A stretch of 64,000 bases of DNA from assembly GCF_056712565.1 (NCBI RefSeq), contig NZ_CM160072.1. The stretch is one strand, 5' to 3'. The notes under the pieces are model-generated. The model was given only the letters and a program-made list of their open reading frames with translations, did no database searches and was not told the origin of the DNA. Each line of letters opens with the position of its first letter. The first letter of the stretch is position 1. Below, in pieces: positions 12,288-26,689 of this stretch. Position numbers and translations under genes: made by a program.

Positions 12288-12996
12288 GTGCACAGAAAAC
12301 CCCCAGCTAGGCTGGGGGTTCCGGAAAGCTTTCAGCTTTGAGCCAGTTATTAAAACCCCTTTTGATTTGTTAAAACACCTTGCGGTCTGGCAACTGCAAG
12401 TGTCAAACAAGAAATCAAAAGGGGGTCCCAATGGGGAACGAAAAGAGCTTAGCGCACACCCGATGGAACTGTAAATATCACATAGTATTTGCGCCAAAAT
12501 ACCGAAGACAGGTGTTCTACAGAGAGAAGCGTAGAGCAATAGGCTGTATTTTGAGAAAGCTGTGTGAGTGGAAAAGTGTACGGATTCTGGAAGCTGAATG
12601 CTGTGCAGATCATATCCATATGCTTGTGGAGATCCCGCCCAAAATGAGCGTATCAGGCTTTATGGGATATCTGAAAGGGAAAAGCAGTCTGATGCCTTAC
12701 GAGCAGTTTGGTGATTTGAAATTCAAATACAGGAACAGGGAGTTCTGGTGCAGAGGGTATTACGTCGATACGGTGGGTAAGAACACGGCGAAGATACAGG
12801 ATTACATAAAGCACCAGCTTGAAGAGGATAAAATGGGAGAGCAGTTATCGATTCCCTATCCGGGCAGCCCGTTTACGGGCCGTAAGTAACGAAGTTGGAT
12901 GCAAATGTCAGATCGTGTGCGCCTGTTAGGGCGCGGCTGGTAAGAGAGCCTTATAGGCGCATTTGAAAAACCTCCGGCTATGCCGGAGGATATTTA
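12288..12996 (+). mobile_element. IS200-like insertion sequence (IS200/IS605 family), about 709 bp; boundaries approximate
   Basis: Contains a Y1 transposase gene; perfect subterminal palindrome ccccagc-tag-gctgggg at 12301-12317 (the characteristic IS200 left-end hairpin) and a second palindrome cctccggc-tat-gccggagg at 12971-12989 near the right end; the carB-caiF spacer is about 710 bp longer than in K-12. Confidence 0.8.
12431..12889 (+). CDS. tnpA: IS200 transposase TnpA (HUH / Y1 single-strand transposase)
   Basis: 152 aa from ATG 12431: MGNEKSLAHTRWNCKYHIVFAPKYRRQVFYREKRRAIGCILRKLCEWKSVRILEAECCADHIHMLVEIPPKMSVSGFMGYLKGKSS..., containing the HxH (HIHML) motif and catalytic Tyr region of IS200 TnpA. 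Confidence 0.9.
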   Translation: MGNEKSLAHTRWNCKYHIVFAPKYRRQVFYREKRRAIGCILRKLCEWKSVRILEAECCADHIHMLVEIPPKMSVSGFMGYLKGKSSLMPYEQFGDLKFKYRNREFWCRGYYVDTVGKNTAKIQDYIKHQLEEDKMGEQLSIPYPGSPFTGRK

Positions 12997-13178
12997 TTTG
13001 CCCATTAAGTAAATCTTTTGGGGAATCGATATTTTTGATGACATAAGCAGGATTTAGCTCACACTTATCGACGGTGAAGTTGCATACTATCGATATATCC
13101 ACAATTTTAATATGGCCTTGTTTAATTGCTGCAAAACGAGTCATAGCCAGTCTTTTAATTTGTGAAACTGGAGTTCGT

Positions 13179-13574
13179 ATGTGTGAAGGATGTGTTGAAA
13201 AACCACTCTATTTGTTAATCGCCGAATGGATGATGGCTGAAAACCGGTGGGTGATAGCAAGAGAGATCTCTATTCATTTCGATATTGAACACAGCAAGGC
13301 GGTTAATACCCTGACTTATATTCTGTCGGAAGTCACAGAAATAAGCTGCGAAGTTAAGATGATCCCTAATAAGCTGGAAGGGCGGGGATGCCAGTGCCAG
13401 CGACTGGTAAAAGTGGTTGATATCGATGAGCAAATTTACGCGCGCCTGCGCAATAACAGCCGGGATAAATTAGTCGGCGTAAGAAAGACGCCGCGTATTC
13501 CTGCCGTTCCGCTCACGGAACTTAACCGCGAGCAGAAGTGGCAGATGATGTTGTCAAAGAGTATGCGTCGTTAA
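13179..13574 (+). CDS. caiF: transcriptional activator of the cai and fix operons
   Basis: 131 aa from ATG 13179 (MCEGCVEKPLYLLIAEWMMAENRWVIAREISIHF...); the track ORF from 13074 is an upstream extension. Confidence 0.9.
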   Translation: MCEGCVEKPLYLLIAEWMMAENRWVIAREISIHFDIEHSKAVNTLTYILSEVTEISCEVKMIPNKLEGRGCQCQRLVKVVDIDEQIYARLRNNSRDKLVGVRKTPRIPAVPLTELNREQKWQMMLSKSMRR

Positions 13575-13589
13575 TGTCATTTCGTTGAT

Positions 13590-13690
13590 ACCGTGCGACC
13601 TGGTCGCTGGATGCGATGCTGGCGCATCTTATCCGGCCTACGGTTGCTTTACAGCCAGGTCGGATAAGGCGTTTATGCCGCATCCGACGA
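13590..13690. repeat. REP / BIME elements
   Basis: gatgcgatgctggcgcatcttatccggcctac and inverse ggataaggcgtttatgccgcatccgac. Confidence 0.75.
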
Positions 13691-13692
13691 TG

Positions 13693-14283
13693 TTACCGTT
13701 TCGGCGTCACATCCGTCGTCCCCTGCAAACGGGGGCGATTTTCCTCCATTTGCCTCAGTGGCTGCGTTTCATGTAACGCTGCATGACAGCGCCCGACAAG
13801 ATCCTGATACTCTTTGGTATTCAACCGTTTCCAGTGTAACTCGTCGTCACTCACGCTGCGTACAGCGCGGGCTGGCGTACCCATCAACAACTGGCGTTTC
13901 TCGCCGCGAAAGCCCGCTTTGACAAAGCTCATAGCGGCAACAATGCTCTCTTCGCCAATGACCGCGCCATCCATAATCACGCTGTTCATCCCGACCAGTG
14001 CATCGCGACCAATCACACAACCATGCAGGATCGCTCCGTGCCCGATATGACCGTTTTCCCCAACGATGGTGTCAGTGTCGCAGTAGCCATGCATAATGCA
14101 GCCATCCTGAATATTGGCTCCCGCTTGCACGATCAACCGCCCGTAGTCACCACGCAGTGAGGCGAGTGGGCCGATGTAGACACCGGCTCCCACAATCACA
14201 TCGCCAATCAATACTGCACTGGGATGGACAAACGCCGTCGGGTGAACAACCGGAATTAACCCCTCAAAGGCGTAATAGCTCAC
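13693..14283 (-). CDS. caiE: carnitine operon protein CaiE (hexapeptide-repeat acyltransferase-like)
   Basis: 196 aa from GTG 14283 (protein [14 protein letters not shown]...), or 203 aa from GTG 14304; left-handed beta-helix hexapeptide repeats; last gene of caiTABCDE. Confidence 0.88.
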   Translation of the reverse strand: MSYYAFEGLIPVVHPTAFVHPSAVLIGDVIVGAGVYIGPLASLRGDYGRLIVQAGANIQDGCIMHGYCDTDTIVGENGHIGHGAILHGCVIGRDALVGMNSVIMDGAVIGEESIVAAMSFVKAGFRGEKRQLLMGTPARAVRSVSDDELHWKRLNTKEYQDLVGRCHAALHETQPLRQMEENRPRLQGTTDVTPKR

Positions 14284-14288
14284 GGTTG

Positions 14289-15074
14289 TTAACGTCCTTT
14301 CCACACTGGATCGCGCTTCTCGGCAAACGCCAGCGGCCCTTCAATGGCATCCTCCGAATGCAGAACCGATGGATAGTGTTTCAACACGCCGCTGCGAATA
14401 TAGCGATACGCTTCTTCTACCGGCATTTCACTGGTGGTGCGGTAGATCTCTTTCAGCGCCGCAATCGCCAGCGGAGCGCTGTTAACCAGCTGCTGCGCCA
14501 GTTCGCGGGCGTTATCCATCAGTTCCGCCTGGCTAACCACGCGGTTGACTACCCCCCAACGCAGCGCCTCTTCTGCGCCCATTCGTCTGCCGGTCATCAC
14601 CATTTCATTGACGATGGCAGGCGGCAGGATCTTCGGCAGACGCAGCACGCCGCCGCTGTCAGGAACGATGCCCAGTTTGGCTTCCGGTAGGGCGAAGCTG
14701 GCGTTATCGGCACAAACAATAAAATCTGCCGCCAGCGCCAGTTCAAAGCCGCCGCCAAAGGCATAGCCGTTCACAGCGGCGATGACCGGTTTGTCGAGAT
14801 TGAAAATTTCGGTTAATCCCGCAAAACCTCCCGGGCCAAAGTCAGCATCCGGTGCTTCGCCTTCTGCTGCCGCTTTTAAATCCCAGCCCGCGGAAAAGAA
14901 TTTCTCTCCGGCACCGGTAATAATGGCGACACGTAATTGCGGATCGTCACGGAAATTTAGAAATACTTCGCCCATTTCAAAGCTGGTTTTTGCATCAATA
15001 GCATTCGCTTTTGGACGATCAAGGGTAATTTCCAGAATTGATCCATTGCGGGTCAGATGTAATGATTCACTCAT
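14289..15074 (-). CDS. caiD: crotonobetainyl-CoA hydratase (enoyl-CoA hydratase family)
   Basis: 261 aa from ATG 15074 ([27 protein letters not shown]...); the track ORF extends 36 codons further upstream. Confidence 0.92.
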   Translation of the reverse strand: MSESLHLTRNGSILEITLDRPKANAIDAKTSFEMGEVFLNFRDDPQLRVAIITGAGEKFFSAGWDLKAAAEGEAPDADFGPGGFAGLTEIFNLDKPVIAAVNGYAFGGGFELALAADFIVCADNASFALPEAKLGIVPDSGGVLRLPKILPPAIVNEMVMTGRRMGAEEALRWGVVNRVVSQAELMDNARELAQQLVNSAPLAIAALKEIYRTTSEMPVEEAYRYIRSGVLKHYPSVLHSEDAIEGPLAFAEKRDPVWKGR

Positions 15075-15182
15075 TCCTTTTCTCCATTTTTGCTTTTTCA
15101 GGGACGACAACATCCCTGCAAAAAATGCATATTGTTTTAGAGCGTGATTATTAGCTGACAGGGTAGTTCCCTGCCGTTTCAT

Positions 15183-16736
15183 TTATTTCAGATTCTTTCT
15201 AATTATTTTCCCCGAGCAATTACGTGGCAGATCTTTTCTGATCTCCAGATAAGAGGGCACTTTAAATTTCGCCATATTCTGTTCACAGAAGCAGAAGAAT
15301 TCCTCTTCGCTCAATGTTTCACCTTCATTCAGCACCACAAATGCTTTGATGGCTTCATCGCGAATCGAATCTTTAATACCCACAACCACGATATCCTGAA
15401 TTTTTGGATGGGTGGCGATGATATTTTCGAGCTCCACGCAGGAGACATTCTCGCCACCGCGTTTGATCATATTGCAGCGGCGATCGACGAAATAAAAAAA
15501 GCCCTCTTCGTCGCGGTATCCGGTATCGCCGGTATGTAGCCAGCCATCGGCTTCCAGCACTTTCGCAGTGGCTTTCGGGTTGAGAAAATACTCTTTGAAG
15601 ATGGTTTTCCCTGGTACGCCTTTAATACAGATTTCACCGAGCTCACCAGCCGGGAGGGGACGATTGTGATCGTCGCGGATCTCCGCTTCGTAGCAAAAGC
15701 CCGCCCGACCAATCGACGGCCAGCGCCGTTTATCGCCAGGGCGATCGCCGATAATGCCCACAATGGTTTCCGTCATCCCATAAGACGTCAGCAAGCGAAC
15801 GCCGAAGCGTTCACAAAACGCGTCTTTTTCCTGTTCCGACAAGTTGAGATAAAACATCACTTCCCGCAGGCGGTGTTGCCGATCGTTCGCTGAAGGCGGC
15901 TGCACCATCAACGTACGAATCATCATCGGAATACATTCGGTAATGGTGGCGCGGTACTTCTGCACCTGTCCCCAGAAGGCGCGGGCGCTGTATTTCTCGA
16001 CCAGCACAAAGGTGGCCCCGGCAGAAAACGCCGCCATCGCCGCAGTACACTGGCAATCGATATGAAACGCAGGCATTACCGTCAGGTAGACGTCATCGTC
16101 ACGCAGTGCACACTGCCAGGCGGAGTAATATCCAGCGAAGCGCAGGTTGTAATGGGTAATCACCACCCCTTTCGGTCGGGAGGTAGTGCCGGAGGTGAAG
16201 AGAATTTCCGCCGTATCGTCAGTCGATAGCGGCGGTGCATAGCACAAGGTGGCAGGTTGTTGATTTTTCAGTTGAGTAAACGAACTCACGCCATCATCAG
16301 CGGGAAGTGCCATATCTATCAGGCAAATGTGCCGCAACTGAGAGGCATCTTCCTGCTGAATCTGTTGATACATAGGATAAAATTGCGCACTGGTCACCAG
16401 CAGGCACGCCTGGCTATTTTGCAGGATCCACGTGCTTTCTTCGCGCAACAGGCGGGCGTTAATTGGCACCATAATCGCGCCAATTTTTGCCAGCCCGAAC
16501 CAGCAAAAGATAAATTCCGGGCAGTTGTCGAGATGTAGAGCAACCTTGTCGCCTTTGCGAATCCCCAGCGTATAAAACAGGTTTGCCGTGCGGTTAATCT
16601 CCTGATTTAACTCAAGATAACTATACCGGTTAACGACTCCGCCGCTGGATTCACAAATCAGCGCCGTTTTATGACCGTAAACGTCCGCCAGATCGTCCCA
16701 CATTTGACGTAGATGTTGTCCGCCAATGATATCCAT
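15183..16736 (-). CDS. caiC: crotonobetaine/carnitine-CoA ligase
   Basis: 517 aa from ATG 16736 (MDIIGGQHL...; alternative ATG at 16751); AMP-binding motif [10 protein letters not shown]. Confidence 0.92.
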   Translation of the reverse strand: MDIIGGQHLRQMWDDLADVYGHKTALICESSGGVVNRYSYLELNQEINRTANLFYTLGIRKGDKVALHLDNCPEFIFCWFGLAKIGAIMVPINARLLREESTWILQNSQACLLVTSAQFYPMYQQIQQEDASQLRHICLIDMALPADDGVSSFTQLKNQQPATLCYAPPLSTDDTAEILFTSGTTSRPKGVVITHYNLRFAGYYSAWQCALRDDDVYLTVMPAFHIDCQCTAAMAAFSAGATFVLVEKYSARAFWGQVQKYRATITECIPMMIRTLMVQPPSANDRQHRLREVMFYLNLSEQEKDAFCERFGVRLLTSYGMTETIVGIIGDRPGDKRRWPSIGRAGFCYEAEIRDDHNRPLPAGELGEICIKGVPGKTIFKEYFLNPKATAKVLEADGWLHTGDTGYRDEEGFFYFVDRRCNMIKRGGENVSCVELENIIATHPKIQDIVVVGIKDSIRDEAIKAFVVLNEGETLSEEEFFCFCEQNMAKFKVPSYLEIRKDLPRNCSGKIIRKNLK

Positions 16737-16808
16737 TGCACCTCTATCCATTTTGTTCGTTTGTTATTGGGCGGGCGCTAGTCAGGCAAGTTGACTGACG
16801 CCACGCGT

Positions 16809-18150
<1,342 letters not shown>

Positions 18151-18153
18151 GAC

Positions 18154-19296
18154 TTAACGGTATTGCTTCAGCACCGCGCGACCCAGCGTCAGGATCTGCA
18201 TTTCGTCAGATCCTCCGGAAACGCGGTCTACACGCAGGTCACGCCAGAAGCGGCTGATGCGGTGGTTGCCCGCAATCCCGACACCGCCCAGCACCTGCAT
18301 TGCGCTATCCACCACTTCAAATGCCGCATTGGCGCAGAAGTATTTGCACATCGCTGCATCGCCAGAGGTGATGGTGCCGTTGTCTGCTTTCCACGCTGCT
18401 TCATACAGCATGTTTTTCATGGAGTTTAATTTGATCGCCATGTGGGCGAATTTTTCCTGAATCAACTGGAAACGACCAATAGCCTCGCCAAACTGCACAC
18501 GCTGGTTGGCGTAGCGCGCCGCATCTTCAAAGGCGCACATCGCCGTACCGTAGTTGGTCAGGGCTACCAGGAAACGTTCATGGTCGAACTCTTCTTTGAC
18601 GCGGTTAAAGCCGTTACCTTCCCGACCGAACATGTCTTTCTCGTCCAGTTCCACGTCGTCAAAGGTGATTTCACAGCAGCTATCCATACGCAGACCGAGC
18701 TTTTCAAGTTTGGTCACTTTGATGCCCGGTTTGCTCATATCAACAAACCATTCGGTGTAGACAGGTTTGTCCGGAGAAGCCCCGTCGCGCGCCATCACCA
18801 CGATGTACGGGGTGTAGGCGCTGCTGGTAATAAAACACTTACTACCATTAAGATAAATCTTACCATTTCTACGGGTATAAGTCGTTTTCAGGCTACCCAC
18901 GTCGGAGCCTGCGCCCGGTTCGGTAATTGCTGAGTTCCACATCTGCTTACCGGTGCCGCGGAAAGCCATAATCTTGTCGATCTGCTCTTGCGTACCTTCA
19001 CGCAGGAAGGTGTTAAACCCGCCCGGTAACTGATACAGCACGTAAGTTGGCGCTCCCAGACGACCCAGTTCCATCCACACGGCGGCGAGAGTAACAAACC
19101 CCGCGTCCAGACCACCGTGCTCTTCAGGGATCAGCAGACTGTCGATACCCATATCCGCCAGGGCTTTGACAAAACGTTCCGGGTAGACGCTGTCACGGTC
19201 GCACTCGGCAAAATAGGCCTCCCAGTTTTCGCTGGCCATCAGTTCGCGGATACCGGCGACAAACAGTTCCTGCTCATCATTTAAATTAAAATCCAT
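18154..19296 (-). CDS. caiA: crotonobetainyl-CoA reductase (acyl-CoA dehydrogenase family)
   Basis: 380-aa ORF; synteny. Confidence 0.93.
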
Positions 19297-19326
19297 CTTT
19301 CAACCTCTTGATATTTTGGGGGTTAA

Positions 19327-20844
<1,518 letters not shown>

Positions 20845-21091
20845 TTAATTCCACTGTGAAAACGAACATTTATTTTGCGTTCCCGTTTGTTTTATTTTTG
20901 TTAACATTTAATATAATTATTATTAACCTCGTGGACGCGTTAATGGCTAACTCATAATGGGTATTCAATAAGCTGCATTCTGTGATTGTTATCACATTTT
21001 TGTTTCGGGTGAATAGAGGGCATTTTTTCGTTAATTTTGATTATTAATCAGTTTGTTATGTTATGTTGTGAGTAAAAAAATAGCATCTGAC

Positions 21092-21222
21092 TTTCAATAT
21101 TGGTGATCCATAAAACAATATTGAAAATTTCTTTTTGCTACGCCATGTTTTCAATATTGGTGAGGAGCTTAACAATATTGAAAGTTGGATTTATCTGCGT
21201 GTGACATTTTCAATATTGGTGA
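21092..21222. promoter_or_regulatory. cai-fix divergent control region with repeated palindromic CAATATTG motifs (CaiF / CRP / FNR target region)
   Basis: tttcaatattggtga occurs three times (21092-21106, 21149-21163, 21208-21222) interleaved with aacaatattgaaa (21115-21127, 21171-21183); the core CAATATTG is self-complementary. Confidence 0.7.
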
Positions 21223-21313
21223 TTAAAGTTTTATTTCCAAATTAAAGGGCGTGATATCTGTAATTAACACCACCGATATGAACGACGTTTCCTTCATGAT
21301 TTCTGGAGATGCA

Positions 21314-22084
21314 ATGAAGATTATTACTTGCTATAAGTGCGTGCCTGATGAACAGGATATTGCGGTCAATAATGCTGATGGTTCGTTAGACTTCAGCAAA
21401 GCCGATGCCAAAATAAGCCAATACGATCTCAACGCTATTGAAGCGGCTTGCCAGCTAAAGCAACAGGCAGCAGAGGCGCAGGTGACGGCCTTAAGTGTGG
21501 GCGGTAAAGCCCTGACCAACGCCAAAGGGCGTAAAGATGTGCTATCGCGCGGTCCGGATGAACTGATTGTGGTGATTGATGACCAGTTCGAGCAGGCACT
21601 GCCGCAACAAACGGCGAGCGTACTGGCTGCAGCCGCTCAGAAAGCAGGCTTTGATTTGATCCTCTGTGGCGATGGTTCTTCCGACCTTTATGCCCAGCAG
21701 GTTGGTTTGCTGGTAGGCGAAATCCTTAATATTCCGGCAGTTAACGGCGTCAGCAAAATTATCTCCCTGACTGCAGATACCCTCACCGTTGAGCGCGAAC
21801 TGGAAGATGAAACAGAAACCTTAAGCATTCCGCTGCCTGCGGTTGTTGCTGTTTCCACTGATATCAACTCCCCACAAATTCCTTCGATGAAAGCCATTCT
21901 CGGCGCGGCGAAAAAGCCAGTCCAGGTATGGTCGGCGGCGGATATCGGTTTTAACGCAGAGGCAGCCTGGTCAGAACAACAGGTTGCCGCGCCGAAACAG
22001 CGCGAGCGTCAGCGCATCGTGATTGAAGGCGACGGCGAAGAACAGATCGCCGCATTTGCTGAAAATCTTCGCAAAGTCATTTAA
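21314..22084 (+). CDS. fixA: electron transfer flavoprotein beta-subunit homologue
   Basis: 256 aa from ATG 21314 ([15 protein letters not shown]...); the track ORF from 21251 is an upstream extension. Confidence 0.92.
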
Positions 22085-22098
22085 TTACAGGGGATGCT

Positions 22099-23040
22099 AT
22101 GAACACGTTTTCTCAAGTCTGGGTATTCAGCGATACCCCTTCTCGTCTGCCGGAACTGATGAACGGTGCGCAGGCTTTAGCTAATCAAATCAACACGTTC
22201 GTCCTCAATGATGCCGACGGCACACAGGCAATCCAGCTCGGCGCTAATCATGTCTGGAAATTAAGCGGCAAACCGGACGAGCGGATGATCGAAGATTACG
22301 CCGGTGTCATGGCTGACACTATTCGCCAGCACGGCGCAGACGGTCTGGTGCTGTTGCCAAACACCCGTCGCGGCAAATTACTGGCGGCGAAACTGGGTTA
22401 CCGCCTTAACGCGGCGGTGTCTAACGATGCCAGCGCTGTTAGCGTGCAGGACGGTAAAGCGACAGTGAAACACATGGTTTACGGCGGTCTGGCGATTGGC
22501 GAAGAACGCATTGCCACGCCGTATGCGGTACTGACCATCAGCAGCGGCACGTTCGATGCGGCTCAGCCAGACGCGTCACGCACTGGCGAAACGCACACCG
22601 TGGAGTGGCAGGCTCCGGCTGTGGCGATTACCCGCACGGCAACCCAGGCGCGTCAGAGCAACAGCGTCGATCTCGACAAAGCCCGCTTGGTGGTCAGCGT
22701 TGGTCGCGGTATTGGCAGCAAAGAGAACATTGCGCTGGCAGAACAGCTTTGCAAGGCGATAGGTGCGGAGTTGGCCTGTTCTCGTCCGGTGGCGGAAAAC
22801 GAAAAATGGATGGAGCACGAACGCTATGTCGGTATCTCCAACCTGATGCTGAAACCTGAACTGTACCTGGCGGTGGGGATCTCCGGGCAGATCCAGCACA
22901 TGGTTGGCGCTAATGCGTCGCAAACCATTTTCGCCATCAACAAAGATAAAAATGCGCCGATCTTCCAGTACGCGGATTACGGCATTGTTGGCGACGCCGT
23001 GAAGATCCTTCCGGCACTGACCGTAGCTTTAGCGCGTTGA
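22099..23040 (+). CDS. fixB: electron transfer flavoprotein alpha-subunit homologue
   Basis: 313-aa ORF; synteny. Confidence 0.93.
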
Positions 23041-23090
23041 TCCACTCTGGCAGGGCTGCATTTTGGCCCTGCCGCTGACAGGGAGCTCTT

Positions 23091-24377
23091 ATGTCCGAAG
23101 ATATCTTTGACGCCATCATCGTCGGTGCAGGGCTTGCCGGTTCGGTTGCCGCACTGGTGCTCGCCCGCGAAGGTGCGCAAGTGTTAGTTATCGAGCGAGG
23201 CAATTCCGCAGGTGCCAAGAACGTCACCGGCGGGCGTCTCTATGCCCACAGTCTGGAACACATTATTCCTGGTTTCGCAGACTCCGCCCCCGTAGAACGC
23301 CTGATCACCCATGAAAAACTTGCGTTTATGACGGAAAAGTCAGCGATGACTATGGACTACTGCAATGGCGACGAAACCTCGCCATCCCAGCGTTCTTACT
23401 CCGTTTTACGCAGTAAATTTGATGCCTGGCTGATGGAGCAGGCCGAAGAAGCGGGCGCGCAGTTAATTACCGGGATCCGCGTCGATAACCTCGTACAGCG
23501 CGATGGCAAAGTCGTCGGTGTAGAAGCCGATGGCGATGTGATTGAAGCGAAAACGGTGATCCTTGCTGATGGGGTGAATTCCATCCTTGCCGAAAAGCTG
23601 GGGATGGCAAAACGCGTTAAACCGACGGATGTGGCGGTTGGCGTGAAGGAACTGATCGAGTTACCGAAGTCGGTTATTGAAGACCGTTTTCAGTTGCAGG
23701 GTAATCAGGGCGCGGCTTGCCTGTTTGTGGGATCACCCACCGATGGCCTGATGGGCGGTGGCTTCCTTTATACCAATGAAAATACCCTGTCGCTGGGGCT
23801 GGTTTGTGGTTTGCATCATCTGCATGACGCAAAAAAATCGGTGCCGCAAATGCTGGAAGATTTCAAACAACATCCGGCCGTTGCACCGCTGATCGCGGGC
23901 GGCAAGCTGGTGGAATATTCCGCTCACGTAGTGCCGGAAGCGGGCATCAACATGCTGCCGGAGCTGGTCGGTGACGGCGTATTGATTGCTGGTGATGCCG
24001 CCGGAATGTGTATGAACCTCGGTTTTACCATTCGCGGTATGGATCTGGCGATTGCCGCCGGGGAAGCAGCAGCAAAAACTGTGCTTTCAGCGATGAAAAG
24101 CGACGATTTCAGTAAGCAAAAACTCGCGGAATATCGTCAGCATCTTGAGAGTGGCCCGCTGCGCGATATGCGCATGTACCAGAAACTACCGGCGTTTCTT
24201 GATAACCCACGCATGTTTAGCGGCTACCCGGAACTGGCGGTGGGCGTGGCGCGTGACCTGTTCACCATTGACGGCAGTGCGCCGGAACTGATGCGCAAGA
24301 AAATCCTCCGCCACGGCAAGAAAGTGGGCTTCATCAATCTGATCAAGGATGGCATGAAAGGAGTGACCGTTTTATGA
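23091..24377 (+). CDS. fixC: FAD-dependent oxidoreductase (ETF-quinone oxidoreductase-like)
   Basis: 428-aa ORF with N-terminal FAD dinucleotide fold IIVGAGLAGS. Confidence 0.93.
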   Translation: MSEDIFDAIIVGAGLAGSVAALVLAREGAQVLVIERGNSAGAKNVTGGRLYAHSLEHIIPGFADSAPVERLITHEKLAFMTEKSAMTMDYCNGDETSPSQRSYSVLRSKFDAWLMEQAEEAGAQLITGIRVDNLVQRDGKVVGVEADGDVIEAKTVILADGVNSILAEKLGMAKRVKPTDVAVGVKELIELPKSVIEDRFQLQGNQGAACLFVGSPTDGLMGGGFLYTNENTLSLGLVCGLHHLHDAKKSVPQMLEDFKQHPAVAPLIAGGKLVEYSAHVVPEAGINMLPELVGDGVLIAGDAAGMCMNLGFTIRGMDLAIAAGEAAAKTVLSAMKSDDFSKQKLAEYRQHLESGPLRDMRMYQKLPAFLDNPRMFSGYPELAVGVARDLFTIDGSAPELMRKKILRHGKKVGFINLIKDGMKGVTVL

Positions 24378-24661
24378 CTTCTCCCGTCAATGTGGACGTC
24401 AAACTGGGCGTCAATAAATTCAATGTCGATGAAGAGCATCCGCACATTGTTGTGAAGGCCGATGCAGATAAACAGGCCCTGGAGCTGCTGGTGAAAGCGT
24501 GCCCCGCAGGTCTGTACAAGAAGCAGGATGACGGCAGTGTGCGCTTCGATTACGCCGGATGTCTGGAGTGCGGCACCTGTCGCATTCTGGGGCTGGGGTC
24601 GGCGCTGGAACAGTGGGAATACCCGCGCGGCACCTTTGGTGTGGAGTTCCGTTACGGCTGA
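24374..24661 (+). CDS. fixX: ferredoxin-like protein
   Basis: 95-aa ORF overlapping the fixC stop by 4 nt; Cys cluster CLECGTC. Confidence 0.9.
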   Translation: MTSPVNVDVKLGVNKFNVDEEHPHIVVKADADKQALELLVKACPAGLYKKQDDGSVRFDYAGCLECGTCRILGLGSALEQWEYPRGTFGVEFRYG

Positions 24662-24719
24662 TGTTGGTTTGATACGTAATGCCGTACTGACTCTCATTGC
24701 AAAAAAACAGGAATAACCC

Positions 24720-26051
24720 ATGCAACCGTCCAGAAACTTTGATGATCTTAAATTCTCCTCTATTCACCGCCGCATTTTGCTGTGGGGAAGCGGTGGTCCG
24801 TTTCTGGATGGTTATGTACTGGTAATGATTGGCGTGGCGCTGGAGCAACTGACTCCGGCGCTGAAACTGGACGCTGACTGGATTGGCTTGCTGGGCGCGG
24901 GAACGCTCGCCGGGCTGTTCGTTGGCACATCGCTGTTTGGCTATATCTCCGATAAAGTCGGACGGCGCAAAATGTTCCTCATTGATATCATCGCCATCGG
25001 CGTGATATCGGTGGCGACGATGTTTGTCTCATCCCCCGTCGAACTGTTGGTGATGCGGGTACTTATCGGCATTGTTATCGGTGCGGATTATCCCATCGCC
25101 ACCTCAATGATCACCGAGTTCTCCAGTACCCGTCAGCGGGCGTTTTCCATCAGCTTTATCGCCGCGATGTGGTATGTCGGCGCGACCTGCGCCGATTTGG
25201 TCGGCTATTGGCTTTATGATGTGGAAGGCGGCTGGCGCTGGATGCTGGGTAGCGCAGCGATTCCCTGTTTATTGATTTTGATTGGTCGATTCGAACTGCC
25301 TGAATCTCCCCGCTGGTTGTTACGCAAAGGGCGAGTAAAAGAGTGCGAAGAGATGATGATAAAACTGTTTGGCGAACCGGTGGCTTTCGAGGAAGAGCAG
25401 CCGCAGCAAACCCGTTTTCGCGATCTGTTTAATCGCCGCCATTTTCCTTTTGTTCTGTTTGTTGCCGCCATCTGGACCTGCCAGGTGATCCCAATGTTCG
25501 CCATTTACACCTTTGGCCCGCAAATCGTTGGTTTGTTAGGATTGGGGGTTGGCAAAAACGCGGCGCTGGGGAACGTGGTGATTAGTCTGTTCTTTATGCT
25601 CGGCTGTATTCCGCCGATGCTGTGGCTAAACACTGCCGGACGGCGTCCATTGTTGATTGGCAGCTTTGCCATGATGACGCTGGCGCTGGCGGTTTTGGGG
25701 CTGATCCCGGATATGGGGATCTGGCTGGTAGTGATGGCCTTTGCGGTGTATGCCTTTTTCTCTGGCGGGCCGGGTAATTTGCAGTGGCTCTATCCTAATG
25801 AACTCTTCCCGACGGATATCCGCGCCTCTGCCGTGGGCGTGATTATGTCCTTAAGCCGTATTGGCACTATTGTATCGACCTGGGCACTGCCGATCTTTAT
25901 CAATAATTACGGTATCAGTAACACGATGCTAATGGGGGCGGGTATCTCGCTATTTGGCTTGTTGATTTCCGTAGCGTTTGCCCCGGAGACTCGAGGGATG
26001 TCACTGGCGCAGACCAGCAATATGACGATCCGCGGGCAGAGAATGGGGTAA
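24720..26051 (+). CDS. yaaU: MFS family transporter
   Basis: 443-aa polytopic membrane ORF; synteny. Confidence 0.9.
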   Translation: MQPSRNFDDLKFSSIHRRILLWGSGGPFLDGYVLVMIGVALEQLTPALKLDADWIGLLGAGTLAGLFVGTSLFGYISDKVGRRKMFLIDIIAIGVISVATMFVSSPVELLVMRVLIGIVIGADYPIATSMITEFSSTRQRAFSISFIAAMWYVGATCADLVGYWLYDVEGGWRWMLGSAAIPCLLILIGRFELPESPRWLLRKGRVKECEEMMIKLFGEPVAFEEEQPQQTRFRDLFNRRHFPFVLFVAAIWTCQVIPMFAIYTFGPQIVGLLGLGVGKNAALGNVVISLFFMLGCIPPMLWLNTAGRRPLLIGSFAMMTLALAVLGLIPDMGIWLVVMAFAVYAFFSGGPGNLQWLYPNELFPTDIRASAVGVIMSLSRIGTIVSTWALPIFINNYGISNTMLMGAGISLFGLLISVAFAPETRGMSLAQTSNMTIRGQRMG

Positions 26052-26158
26052 TTTGTTCAGATTTCTCTCTTTTCTGAATCAATATTATTGACTATAAGCT
26101 GCGTGAATATATGACTACACTTTGTGGGAAAACAAAGGCGTAATCACGCGGGCTACCT

Positions 26159-26681
26159 ATGATTCTTATAATTTATGCGCATCCGTATCCGCATTATTCC
26201 CATGCGAATAAACGGATGCTTGAACAGGCAAGGACGCTGGAAGGCGTCGAAATTCGCTCTCTTTATCAACTCTATCCTGACTTCAATATCGACATTGCCG
26301 CCGAACAGGAGGCGCTGTCTCGTGCCGATCTGATCGTCTGGCAGCACCCAATGCAGTGGTACAGCATTCCACCGCTTCTTAAACTTTGGATCGATAAAGT
26401 TTTCTCGCACGGCTGGGCTTACGGTCACGGCGGCACGGCGCTGCACGGCAAACATTTGCTGTGGGCGGTGACGACCGGCGGTGGGGAAAGCCATTTTGAG
26501 ATTGGTGCGCATCCGGGCTTTGATGTGCTGTCGCAGCCGCTACAGGCGACGGCAATCTACTGCGGGCTGAACTGGCTGCCACCGTTTGCCATGCACTGCA
26601 CCTTTATTTGTGACGACGAAACCCTCGAAGGGCAGGCGCGGCACTATAAGCAACGTCTGCTGGAATGGCAGGAGGCACATC

Positions 26682-26689
<8 letters not shown>
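26159..26689 (+). CDS. kefF: KefC regulator, flavodoxin-like quinone oxidoreductase
   Basis: 176-aa ORF; the kefC start overlaps its 3' end. Confidence 0.92.

Noticed and set aside
12255-12539. Short ORFs (94 aa minus strand, 67 aa plus strand) in the IS200 left end
   Set aside because: They overlap the IS200 left-end hairpin and 5' UTR and the start of tnpA; the IS200 left end is non-coding structured RNA.
13074-13178. 35-codon N-terminal extension of caiF in the track ORF
   Set aside because: CaiF is 131 aa from the ATG at 13179; the extension runs into the IS right-flank/promoter region and does not match the known N-terminus.
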